A stretch of DNA of 64,000 nt from IMG/VR virus record IMGVR_UViG_3300020187_001966. One strand, given 5' to 3'. The position numbers were made by a program, and so were the translations under genes. Positions within the stretch are counted from its first letter, which is position 1. Each line of letters opens with the position of its first letter. The stretch is from a virus (taxonomy: Duplodnaviria; Caudoviricetes). This document shows, one piece after another, positions 37,917-47,562 of the stretch. The notes below the pieces were generated by a model that saw only the letters and a list, made by a program, of their open reading frames with translations, was not told where the DNA came from and searched no databases.

Positions 37917-39393
37917 CTCTATGCTTCCTCATACCGTTCTTTTCAATTTCTCTAACATGCTTTTTTTGTAACCAACTTGATTCAACTCCACTTAGTTCTT
38001 GTACTAGTTCATGTATTTCTCGATGTCTCTGCAAACGTTCATCAAGAGTATTATCTCGATAACTCCAGTCATTGTCGCCTACACAGTCTATATAATCTGG
38101 ATCGTCCTTGAGCATTTTATATATTTTATAATCAGGTTGTATCAACATTGTATTTCCAAAACTTAAATATGCTGTACTAGTGCTATTTCCTCTAGGAGTT
38201 AAGTAACCTAATTCAGACATACGCTTAATACTAGCTAGTGTATGATGATGATCTTCAAGTGTTTCTGTTGGGTATCCAGTAATCATTAACAGTGTATAAT
38301 GTATGTTATACTTGTGCATCATTTCTAAATTCCACCACAAGTCATCATCAGTAAACTTTTTACCCATATGCCATCTGACACTTTCACTAAAACTTTCTAA
38401 TCCAATGTCTAATTCATTGACATTGCTCTGCTTCATAAGTTCAAAGTCTTCTTCCAACATTTGTCCACGGGCTCGGACAATCCACTGACTCCACCATTTA
38501 ATTTGATCTATGTCATATTTTTTGTCACTATTAAACTTTTTAATCATATCTAAAAATATTCTAAATTGACTCATGCTTCCATTTATTAAGCTATCTGTAA
38601 ATCTAAACATTCGTCTACCATACTCATGGTACAATAGCTCTACTTCACTGAAAAGATGCTCAGCACTCCGCCATTTGTATTTGGGCCACAGTAGTGGAAC
38701 ATCACAAAATGTACAACGCTTAACACATCCACGTGATCCTGTTACATATATAGGTGCATATTGCGCTTCAAATTCATAATGTGTCCAGTTTATATCACTG
38801 TAGTTAGGCATTAATATTGTGTTTAAATCTTCAACTTGATGAGGGTACCGACTATTAACTCCAGGTGCTTGTGTATTACCTTTTAATAATTCCACAATGC
38901 TAAATTCACCGTCACCAAATATAAAATAATCTATCCATCCTTCATCAAGCCACATTTGATTTTCTTTACGCACAGCAGCGCCGCCAATAACTATTTTTAT
39001 TTGTGGTGCATGCTCACGTAATAATTCACACATTTTCCTACCAACGCAAACACTAGCACTACTCAACATACTTAATCCTACCCATGTGGGATTTATATGT
39101 TTAATTTCCTTTATCCAATCCAGCAACTTAGGTTCAATGACATCATACAGTTCATACCATTCTTCAGGGTATACAAATTTGCGATCAAACCAAGTAATAA
39201 ATCCACTATCGTCATCATGAAAATATTGTTCGTGAAGACCTTTCTTTTTAAGCCAGTTATACAAGTCAATATTATAGTCACGTACTGTGGCTGTCAAGCC
39301 ACCAGCTTCACAATGTGATTTTAATAGTGCTGGACCAGTCGTTGGTGCGAATGGTTCTAGCTTGGGTATAATCGCAAATAAAATATCTATCAA
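37903..39393 (-). CDS. Cobalamin-binding radical SAM enzyme (class B methyltransferase-like)
   Basis: N-terminal B12-type domain (VGLS, IVIGG, GDGE), GSRGCVKRCTFC, GLES. Confidence 0.85.
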   Translation of the reverse strand: MIDILFAIIPKLEPFAPTTGPALLKSHCEAGGLTATVRDYNIDLYNWLKKKGLHEQYFHDDDSGFITWFDRKFVYPEEWYELYDVIEPKLLDWIKEIKHINPTWVGLSMLSSASVCVGRKMCELLREHAPQIKIVIGGAAVRKENQMWLDEGWIDYFIFGDGEFSIVELLKGNTQAPGVNSRYPHQVEDLNTILMPNYSDINWTHYEFEAQYAPIYVTGSRGCVKRCTFCDVPLLWPKYKWRSAEHLFSEVELLYHEYGRRMFRFTDSLINGSMSQFRIFLDMIKKFNSDKKYDIDQIKWWSQWIVRARGQMLEEDFELMKQSNVNELDIGLESFSESVRWHMGKKFTDDDLWWNLEMMHKYNIHYTLLMITGYPTETLEDHHHTLASIKRMSELGYLTPRGNSTSTAYLSFGNTMLIQPDYKIYKMLKDDPDYIDCVGDNDWSYRDNTLDERLQRHREIHELVQELSGVESSWLQKKHVREIEKNGMRKHRDAEM

Positions 39394-40073
39394 ACAAGTA
39401 ATTCCTCAACTGTGCCTTCAAAGTTTATAAGTAAACCCATCTTCCATGGACCAACTAACTTTCCAGTACAGTGTAGGTTATTACTGTTAAAAACTACCAT
39501 ATTACCTGGACGCCAATCATATGCTGTGCCAGTTAACCCATGAAATAGTTCTGGTGTGTGGTTATTAAACTCTAAATAGTCACTATAAAACTTTTCGTCT
39601 ATTGGATCTTCAGTACAATCATATACTCTTGGATCTTCGTATGGTGCCATTGGTACTTTTTTATTACGATCAAAATTGTAGTTGTTGATATCTTTGCGTT
39701 TACCATACCAAGTTTGTCCAAACCCATTGTCAGTATACTGGTCAAACACCATGAAGTGTTGTGGTGGATCTGTTACTTCCAGATGTATTGGAATGTTTAC
39801 GTTAATCATTTGTGTGGGCTCATCACTATCAACGTGTAGACTGTACAAGTTGGTGTGCCGGTATATATTACCGCCACTGCCTTTATTTGGATTAAAATAC
39901 TTGCTTACTATTGGTCTTAATAAGTCCTCTAAGTGTCGCCAAGGATGATTAATTTTAATTACATTTGGATTGTTGGGTTTGTGTATCTGTAAATCAGGAT
40001 TATTGTCAAAGAAATCTTTAATCTCTCGACAGACTTCTAAAGGTATAGCATTTTCAAATACTGTGTGTTTCAT
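39390..40073 (-). CDS. Putative Fe(II)/2OG-type oxygenase
   Basis: LHVD ... VFNSNNLHC. Confidence 0.5.
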   Translation of the reverse strand: MKHTVFENAIPLEVCREIKDFFDNNPDLQIHKPNNPNVIKINHPWRHLEDLLRPIVSKYFNPNKGSGGNIYRHTNLYSLHVDSDEPTQMINVNIPIHLEVTDPPQHFMVFDQYTDNGFGQTWYGKRKDINNYNFDRNKKVPMAPYEDPRVYDCTEDPIDEKFYSDYLEFNNHTPELFHGLTGTAYDWRPGNMVVFNSNNLHCTGKLVGPWKMGLLINFEGTVEELLV

Positions 40074-41193
40074 ATAATTTCTCGTGTAATAAGGGGTTAG
40101 CGTCCTTCAATGGGAGGCTATAATAGTCATCTAGTAGTTTAGTATTATTTAATAACTTTTGCCATTCGTCTTTATTATATACACTATTACTTATATAATT
40201 TTCTATCAGCTTAGTGGCAAATACGTGATCACGATTTTGTTCTAGTACCCAGTCTTTAAAACTTTTAGGTGCTATGCTTAAACTTTGCCATAATGGATCA
40301 CGTACCCAGTCTACACTAACGTCATTGTTTTCCTCATCCATTAAAAATTTGAGTGTTGTTCCAAGTTTGTCTGCTGTATATACACTAACAACTGTGTGAA
40401 AGTTTACATGACTGTTTGACAATTGACCTCGATACCATAGAGCATTTTTATATACATCTGTATATACACCTCCTACACGTTGGTAATCGTTTACAGGATG
40501 CCAAGCATCTAAACTTACATTTATTTCTATTTTACCGAATTGTTTTAATTTATTTAATAACTCTGGTCGTGGTTGTTTACTGCCATTTGTGCTTATTTGT
40601 AGACGTATGTTATCAAACTTGGCTCCTTTAGATGACAAATAGTCCAAGAAAGGTCCAAAGTTTGGACTCATAAATGGCTCGCCACCCAGTAGTTTTATAT
40701 ATTCTAAATTACTTAAATCTTTATCATCAAATTTAGTAAAGTTTGGTTCTAGTTTCTTATGTATACGCTGTCCCATATATGCGTCACGCTTTTGTAATTG
40801 ACTACTAAACTTACTATCACACATACGGCACTGGAAATTACACAGGTTGTCTATGCTCATTTCTATATAACGTATACAGTCTGGGTCATCTGTTAGCGTA
40901 TTTTTATCAATATGTGGAAACAAACTGTTCATCCAGTGACGTAAACTTTTACTACGCTTGTGTCCTTTAAGTACACGCTCTTGTTCATAGCATTTAGTAC
41001 ACTCTGCTCTAGGCTTATTAGATAACATATCACTACGAAGTTGTTGCCAAAATTCTGTACTCATATCAAAGTTGTCTAGTGTTGGAGCAGATTCAGCATC
41101 TCCCTCACTATATTGAAATCTACAACAGGGTTTGATCTGCTCATTGGGACGTACACAAACATGAACCCAAGGTAATACGCACCATGTACTCAT
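40054..41193 (-). CDS. Radical SAM enzyme with N-terminal twitch-like domain
   Basis: CVLPW..KPCC, CTKC, CNFQCRMC, GGEP. Confidence 0.9.
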   Translation of the reverse strand: MSTWCVLPWVHVCVRPNEQIKPCCRFQYSEGDAESAPTLDNFDMSTEFWQQLRSDMLSNKPRAECTKCYEQERVLKGHKRSKSLRHWMNSLFPHIDKNTLTDDPDCIRYIEMSIDNLCNFQCRMCDSKFSSQLQKRDAYMGQRIHKKLEPNFTKFDDKDLSNLEYIKLLGGEPFMSPNFGPFLDYLSSKGAKFDNIRLQISTNGSKQPRPELLNKLKQFGKIEINVSLDAWHPVNDYQRVGGVYTDVYKNALWYRGQLSNSHVNFHTVVSVYTADKLGTTLKFLMDEENNDVSVDWVRDPLWQSLSIAPKSFKDWVLEQNRDHVFATKLIENYISNSVYNKDEWQKLLNNTKLLDDYYSLPLKDANPLLHEKLYETHSI

Positions 41194-41927
41194 CTATCTA
41201 CATCTATACTTGCAAAGCCAATTATACTACGTTTGTATTCAGTACTTACATCTGGCATTCGTTTATCACTAAGGAACCAACTACTACTGTGCCAACGTCT
41301 GGTATCAAATACTATACAACTTCCAAGATCCCATTCGTATGCGCTATGGAATTTTAAGTCTGCATATTCTTTATGATATTGTGTTTCTTTTGGATTGTAT
41401 TTTAATACTTCTGGATCATAATCCCAGTGTGAACGATAATCGTATACACTATTATTATCCAAGTATCGCATTTCGCCTTGGCGGTACATTAACTTACGTG
41501 GCTCATCAGATACAATATCATAATTTACGGTGTATGGTTGCTTACAGTTCCATTCCAATGGAATAATAATACCCAATACAACAAAACAATCGTGAGTAAT
41601 CTTATCCTTATTAGGTTTCCAACTGTTGGGGAAACTTAAATAGTCAGTATGTAATCCAGCTGGCTCCCCACTGTGGAAATATTCCCAGTTCCAGTCATAA
41701 TCTATACCTAGTTGATTATTCCAGTACGTGCGTAACCATTTTTTTGTATCTGGACTAACATTGTTAAACCTATTAAAATTGTTTCTACCACTTGTCTTTG
41801 CTGTCGGGCTATCATATACAGTGTGCGCCTCTGATAAAAATTGGAGTGGATCAAAGTCTAAACTGTAAGTACCAAATTCTGGTCTATCAACATCATAATC
41901 TTCTATACTTTTATAACCTGTTATCAT
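41190..41927 (-). CDS. Putative Fe(II)/2OG-type oxygenase
   Basis: GLHTD ... VFDTRRWHSS; start moved from 41984. Confidence 0.5.
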   Translation of the reverse strand: MITGYKSIEDYDVDRPEFGTYSLDFDPLQFLSEAHTVYDSPTAKTSGRNNFNRFNNVSPDTKKWLRTYWNNQLGIDYDWNWEYFHSGEPAGLHTDYLSFPNSWKPNKDKITHDCFVVLGIIIPLEWNCKQPYTVNYDIVSDEPRKLMYRQGEMRYLDNNSVYDYRSHWDYDPEVLKYNPKETQYHKEYADLKFHSAYEWDLGSCIVFDTRRWHSSSWFLSDKRMPDVSTEYKRSIIGFASIDVDR

Positions 41928-42625
41928 TATACTAACCTTCCAAATGCCCAATATCGTTCTAAACAAAAGAAGCAATAACCACAATGAGTGAGATCACTGT
42001 CTTCTGGGATAACCTTTTCGCAACTATATGTATATGGATAAAGCTCTTGCTGTATATTTTCCAGATCATATAATTGTCTTGTTGCTACTTTATTTAAGTT
42101 AGCAAATGGAATTACTTGCTGTAGTTTGCCATCATATATTGTTAATACCTCTGGCTCAACTTGATCATCTCGTTCTGTATCTCTGTCAATAATATAACTG
42201 TATACTGTCTCCTGATCCAAATTGTGCTTTTTACAAAATTCTGTAGTAAAATATTCTTTCATCTCTTGCGCTGGCGGATTGCAAGTAAGTCCAATATAAA
42301 TTGCATCCAAGTTATATTTTTTATGTGCTTGCTCACTTAAATGGTCAACTGCGTCAACGTAACTTTCATCTGTGTGTGGTGTTTGGTCACGGTACACATA
42401 ATGTTCTGATGTTTTAGTTCCCAGTAATTCATCTACACGATCAATTACTATCTGTGCACCTTTTGCATACCACCAGTTTCGTGGAGTAGTCATTGTTAGT
42501 GGAATTATTTTAGTATCAGTATTTAAAAAATGTCGGCATAATGCGTAATATAATATACTACTATCAGCACCTCCGCTAAGTCGGACGCCTATGCGTTTCC
42601 AGTTATCGTCTATATATAAATCCAC
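41927..42625 (-). CDS. QueC-like PP-loop ATPase #2
   Basis: LSGGADS and SCE..CGYCFFCLER; GTG start, moved from 42664. Confidence 0.7.
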   Translation of the reverse strand: MDLYIDDNWKRIGVRLSGGADSSILYYALCRHFLNTDTKIIPLTMTTPRNWWYAKGAQIVIDRVDELLGTKTSEHYVYRDQTPHTDESYVDAVDHLSEQAHKKYNLDAIYIGLTCNPPAQEMKEYFTTEFCKKHNLDQETVYSYIIDRDTERDDQVEPEVLTIYDGKLQQVIPFANLNKVATRQLYDLENIQQELYPYTYSCEKVIPEDSDLTHCGYCFFCLERYWAFGRLV

Positions 42626-43689
42626 GGAAATACCTCTTTCATTTGTTGTTGACTCGCTCCCCATACAAGTTCATTACGATCTTTTATTTTATTTTTTACT
42701 AGCTGATTGGGCTCTTGATACTCGTACATTAGTTTTTCTTTAAACACTATCCAGTCTGGCGTAGCATTTAACAGTGGCATGTCAGAAAATTCACTCCATA
42801 ATCTTTCACGATCTTCCAGTGGCACATGCCTAAAGTTTAAATAATCTGGTTCAGTTATTTCATTAAATGCAACATGTACTTGTGGATATTGGTTAGCCCA
42901 TTTAAAAAAATCAGGTATCCCTAATAAATTTATACTGCCAATACACGGCACTAACTGTATTGTAATGTTACTATTATATATCCTGTCAAAATTGTTGTGC
43001 ACTGTATCCCAACGAGCTGGTGCCCTTTGAAACTCAAACCATTCACCAACACTGTCAATACTAGCCATAATTAATACTTTACGAAATTGGGTTAGTGTTT
43101 TTATTAAACTAGGTTTAACACTAGTACAGTTAGTAATAATTTCTATCTCAATATCAATACGTCCTAGAATAACAAGTTTATCTAAAAAGTCAATAACTTC
43201 TGGCATAACAAAAGGTTCACCCCCTGCAAAACGTATGCTTTTTAAGTCAGGAAGGTCTATAACTAACTCCATAAGACGCTGAGTATCCCCTACTGGAATG
43301 TCTATACCTTCTATTTTTGCAATTTGACTACTATCATGGGCATTGCACATACGACATGCTAAATTACATTTATTGCTTAGTCGTAAATCAACATGTGTAA
43401 TTTTGGGAGTTAAATCATAAACATTATTAAAGTAAGTGTTCACCTGTCGCATACTTTTAATACCACTATGTTCTGCCGCCCAACATGTATTACACGCTGA
43501 CGGAGTTTTACCTTGCTCAAGTTCAGTTCTTATTTGTGAGAAGTTAGGCAATTGATAGAACTGGTTTAAGTCTGATACATCACTCCAGTCAAGTTTTAGC
43601 TCATCAAACAATGGTGTTTGTAAGCAACATTGTGATATGTTACCTTTGTTATAAAAGAAACTATTATATGCAAACTGACAGTGTGTCAT
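42610..43689 (-). CDS. Radical SAM enzyme with N-terminal twitch-like domain
   Basis: CQFAY..QCC, CNTCW, CNLACRMC, AGGEP. Confidence 0.9.
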   Translation of the reverse strand: MTHCQFAYNSFFYNKGNISQCCLQTPLFDELKLDWSDVSDLNQFYQLPNFSQIRTELEQGKTPSACNTCWAAEHSGIKSMRQVNTYFNNVYDLTPKITHVDLRLSNKCNLACRMCNAHDSSQIAKIEGIDIPVGDTQRLMELVIDLPDLKSIRFAGGEPFVMPEVIDFLDKLVILGRIDIEIEIITNCTSVKPSLIKTLTQFRKVLIMASIDSVGEWFEFQRAPARWDTVHNNFDRIYNSNITIQLVPCIGSINLLGIPDFFKWANQYPQVHVAFNEITEPDYLNFRHVPLEDRERLWSEFSDMPLLNATPDWIVFKEKLMYEYQEPNQLVKNKIKDRNELVWGASQQQMKEVFPWIYI

Positions 43690-44618
43690 TTTCTCTCAGC
43701 TCTTTCAATAGCGTTTAATCCAAGATCGGTTCCACGCTCATCAAATATACCTTCTATTAAGTAACGCAGTGGTGTGCGTACACCAAACTGATGTGTTCCA
43801 TTATCATCAGTAATCCAACCAACATGTATACTATTACTCTCAGCTAATCCAAAATCAGCACAAACACGAGTGTATAAGTCTTCATAATTACTCCACCAAT
43901 AATCAACTCCAAAGTGTCGCATTGCCTCAACGCCTAACCACATATCACTTACGTTAGCATAGTTAAAATCATTCATAACACTAATTGGTCCAGGTGTCTT
44001 TTCACGAGTATAACGAATACCTATACGCTGACTGCCCATACCTAATGCTTTACTTAAACTTACACTAACACTTTGTATAGCTGGATGTGTAACATCAAGT
44101 TCGAAGTTACGGCATTGTCCAAACCATGCGCCGTCTATGTGTACTGGTATACTATATTCAGCACAATGATCAAGCAGTTTATCAAATTCGTCGTGTAATC
44201 CAGTTGTAATACAACTAGGATAGCTTGCTATGAAAACATCGCCAGGCTGTAGCTCAGTATAATGACTAATTTGCGATACTTTAAAATCAGTTAAACGTCT
44301 GTGATATTTGTACTCGCCCTTCATTACACTTATACTAAGACCGTACAATTGATGTAGTTCATCTAACTGGTGTGTTGTACCCAGTATTGCGTCACGACGG
44401 CCAAATGTTTCTAAACCTGTATATCTTACTCTAGTGTGTTCGTTAATCCAACGATCAATTTCTGTTAAAAAGGTTTCAGTGTAAGCATGTGGATCTTTTG
44501 GATATGATCGCATATCCAAATTCTGTCTAAACTTAGTAAATTTACTCAAGTACATTGGACGCTGGCGTCTTGTACCCAGCATATCAAATGTTATATCTTC
44601 GTATTGTTTTATATCCAT
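43686..44618 (-). CDS. PLP-dependent fold-type I enzyme (aminotransferase/decarboxylase-like)
   Basis: VHIDGAW and SVSLSK (Schiff-base Lys), RIG. Confidence 0.7.
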   Translation of the reverse strand: MDIKQYEDITFDMLGTRRQRPMYLSKFTKFRQNLDMRSYPKDPHAYTETFLTEIDRWINEHTRVRYTGLETFGRRDAILGTTHQLDELHQLYGLSISVMKGEYKYHRRLTDFKVSQISHYTELQPGDVFIASYPSCITTGLHDEFDKLLDHCAEYSIPVHIDGAWFGQCRNFELDVTHPAIQSVSVSLSKALGMGSQRIGIRYTREKTPGPISVMNDFNYANVSDMWLGVEAMRHFGVDYWWSNYEDLYTRVCADFGLAESNSIHVGWITDDNGTHQFGVRTPLRYLIEGIFDERGTDLGLNAIERAERK

Positions 44619-45502
44619 TTTTCTACAATCGCATCTAGTTTACAAGGACATGCTGTATAGTTACAAACTATAGGGCTAATAGGTAGTTCATAGTCCTCAA
44701 ATATATTTCCAATAACACCACCTACTCTTTTAGTACACCGTTTGATGTCGCCATTGGGATCTACCATAAAGCGTTTAAGTCCTGCTGTACAGGTATAGCC
44801 TTCAAACTTGTGCATCTCTTTGTCAAGCACTGTCATGAACTTTACTTTCTCACCATCAAAGTGTAAGTTACGTGGTATCTCCCAGTTAATACCAAAGTCA
44901 CGCATACGATGAAAGTAATTGTTTTGTATCCAGTCACGTTGCTCATCAGTGTATTGGAAATATTCAGTTCCGTGAATAGACTTCCTTACAAACTTTGGTG
45001 TTATTTCTACTCGTAGTGTCTTTAATCTTTCGTATAATGTTTTTGCACGTTCAAAGTTATCAGGCACAATCATAAGAGGAATACTAACACTTGCTTTGTC
45101 TTGCATAATTTTAGCAACCTCATAAAAGTGATCGTCATCTGCTTCTTCGTAATGCCAACTTAAAAACACAAATGCTTTACGTGTTTTAAATTCTTCCCAA
45201 TAACGCAATGTACGACTAGCATTAGTACCAAACTCAACAAACGTTCTATCGTCACTGATAGTATCAACAAACTCCTGAAACTTGGGCCATACTGTTGGTT
45301 CACCACCTAATACTTCTACATACAAGTTCTTGTTAGTTTGTTTAACACGATCCAAGAAGTTAATATAGGGTTGCCAGTCGTCTGGCCAACGACTGCTACC
45401 GTCTCTATGAAAGTCACTGCAATAGCTACAATTGTAATTACATACATTATGTATAAACAATGTGACTACGGCACAGTCTAGATTTTCATTTGTTATCCGC
45501 AT
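44609..45502 (-). CDS. Radical SAM enzyme with C-terminal SPASM/twitch-like domain
   Basis: CNYNCSYC, GGEPT, CTAG..GDIKRC..C..C.C; start moved from 45529. Confidence 0.88.
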   Translation of the reverse strand: MRITNENLDCAVVTLFIHNVCNYNCSYCSDFHRDGSSRWPDDWQPYINFLDRVKQTNKNLYVEVLGGEPTVWPKFQEFVDTISDDRTFVEFGTNASRTLRYWEEFKTRKAFVFLSWHYEEADDDHFYEVAKIMQDKASVSIPLMIVPDNFERAKTLYERLKTLRVEITPKFVRKSIHGTEYFQYTDEQRDWIQNNYFHRMRDFGINWEIPRNLHFDGEKVKFMTVLDKEMHKFEGYTCTAGLKRFMVDPNGDIKRCTKRVGGVIGNIFEDYELPISPIVCNYTACPCKLDAIVEKWI

Positions 45503-46853
45503 CAAATAGCGCCTTGTATTGTGGAACAATATCTAATACGTTTTGTTTACGTATTGTATCTAACTTATTAGTAATTGAGACAAATTCTCCCAGCCATTCC
45601 TCACTATAGTCCTCACTTAGCATAAACTTTTCCACACTGTTTAAATGTTGTACAAAATATTTCTTTACATTATCTATATGATCGCTAGCCATAATCCACG
45701 TTCTGTATTCGGTATAATGTTCTGAAACCATTTGTTTTATATGTGGTGGCAAGACTTTAATATTATAATACTTTGGGCTGTGGCACATATGGTAACTTAC
45801 AAGGGGTCGGTGGCAATGTATAGGATTAAACAATGTTAGATCACTCTCTTCCAATTTCCACTTCATAAACTCAGGAAAGTGAAAAACATTAAACGGTGTA
45901 ATTGTAAATGCGTACCAACCTTTAAAGTTTATTTCATCACGGTGTGCTTCGATCTTTTTTAAATTCTCATATACTTGTGTCCATTTTGCTGGAGCTCGTT
46001 GGTAATCAAATACTTCATTACATGCGTCAATACTTGCGCCAATACGTATTTCTTTAAACTCCTTCCAGAGTTTTAACATTCTAGGTGTAATGTTTGTAAG
46101 GTTAGTATTATACTCAATTTGCATATTTTTAGCTGCGCCACTGTGTATCATTCTTTCTAAACTGTCAACATGCTCTTCGATAATAAGTGGCTCACCACCA
46201 ACTATGTATAACTTTTTTGCATCCTGCGTATATTGTTCAAAATTATTCCAATATGTATTAGATCCTTTAAACCAATCGTATTGGTCAGTACTCCACTTTC
46301 CTTTTTCATTTTTAGTAAGTTGTATTTTTTCGTGAGTATCCTTGTAGTGTGTGCGACCGGTTAGTTTAACATGATCCTCATACCACATATGACTGTCTGT
46401 TGGACCACACATACGACATTTTAAATTACAAAAATTACCATAACGTATATCAAAGAACTCCAGTGGGTGTTCTTCAGGCACAATAGTACCATCATCTTCG
46501 GTTGTAGCGGCGGCTTTTTCTAAATTAACATCCCAATCACTATGTTCCATTTGGCGGCGGCTCAACACACCATTGCTTTCTTCTTGTCTACATCGTTCAC
46601 ACTCACTATGCCATTTATTATCCAGCATCGTTTTACGAACGTCTTTCATTAGTTCGGAATTGCGACTCTCTTTCAAGTCATCAACCGCAGCATTGTACGG
46701 TGTTCCGTCTTCTTTCCTTACAATACCTTTATTTTTAGTATAACTATTGGCATTACAACAAATTCTAATATCACCATTATTTCTAATGTTAATACTATTC
46801 CAAGGTAATGGACAAAATGTTGTTTTTCTATCAAATCCTTCATCTTCACTCAT
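45486..46853 (-). CDS. Radical SAM enzyme with N-terminal twitch-like domain
   Basis: CPLPW..RICC, CERC, CNLKCRMC, VGGEP. Confidence 0.9.
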   Translation of the reverse strand: MSEDEGFDRKTTFCPLPWNSINIRNNGDIRICCNANSYTKNKGIVRKEDGTPYNAAVDDLKESRNSELMKDVRKTMLDNKWHSECERCRQEESNGVLSRRQMEHSDWDVNLEKAAATTEDDGTIVPEEHPLEFFDIRYGNFCNLKCRMCGPTDSHMWYEDHVKLTGRTHYKDTHEKIQLTKNEKGKWSTDQYDWFKGSNTYWNNFEQYTQDAKKLYIVGGEPLIIEEHVDSLERMIHSGAAKNMQIEYNTNLTNITPRMLKLWKEFKEIRIGASIDACNEVFDYQRAPAKWTQVYENLKKIEAHRDEINFKGWYAFTITPFNVFHFPEFMKWKLEESDLTLFNPIHCHRPLVSYHMCHSPKYYNIKVLPPHIKQMVSEHYTEYRTWIMASDHIDNVKKYFVQHLNSVEKFMLSEDYSEEWLGEFVSITNKLDTIRKQNVLDIVPQYKALFDADNK

Positions 46854-46900
46854 TGAATGTAATCCTTTATTTCTAATAATGTGTCAGTTTTTTGTGTCAT
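46850..46900 (-). CDS. 16-aa minigene MTQKTDTLLEIKDYIQ
   Basis: ATGA overlap with both the upstream stop (46897) and the downstream start (46853). Confidence 0.45.
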   Translation of the reverse strand: MTQKTDTLLEIKDYIQ

Positions 46901-47562
46901 AATCGACCAAAGCCCCATTTTCTTTCTCCACAGAACCAACAGTTATTGCAATGCTGTGTAAAATCGTCTGTGTATTGTTCACAACTTCTTGTAAGTGGAA
47001 ACAATGTGTTTTGTAAATCAAAGTAATCATATAGTTCACTCACATGTTGTTTATTAAAATTAATTAATGGCAAGCAACGGTTTGAGTCAACATATATACT
47101 TTTTAAAAATTTTGACGGATCTCTATCTGGTGGTTCAAGAAATCCTTGATCGTATATGCGTTGTTCTATACTGCCTTGTGGTGGGTTTGCTGTAATACCA
47201 GCAAAATGAAACTGTATTTTGTTTTCGGCATATAGGCGTTTTGTAACTTTGTCTTGTGCGATGACATAATTTTCTTCTTCTGGCATAGGACTAAACCCAG
47301 TATAATGTTCTGTATAGATGTCGCCAAACACCGTCTTATAGTATTCAATTACATTCTTCGCAAATTGTATTTGGTATGCTTTACCTTCTTGATCAACTGT
47401 AATCGGAGTAATACCAACATCAGGACGCTCTTCTGTAACATACTTGCTTAGTATATATCCTACAATTGCACTATCTAATCCCCCAGATATTTTCAGTCCA
47501 ACATTAATTACATCTCGTGGAATACGTATATCAAGTTCTTGTTTACTGTGTGGTATAATCAT
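46897..47562 (-). CDS. QueC-like PP-loop ATPase #3
   Basis: ISGGLDS and RSCE..CNNCWFCGER. Confidence 0.7.
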   Translation of the reverse strand: MIIPHSKQELDIRIPRDVINVGLKISGGLDSAIVGYILSKYVTEERPDVGITPITVDQEGKAYQIQFAKNVIEYYKTVFGDIYTEHYTGFSPMPEEENYVIAQDKVTKRLYAENKIQFHFAGITANPPQGSIEQRIYDQGFLEPPDRDPSKFLKSIYVDSNRCLPLINFNKQHVSELYDYFDLQNTLFPLTRSCEQYTDDFTQHCNNCWFCGERKWGFGRL

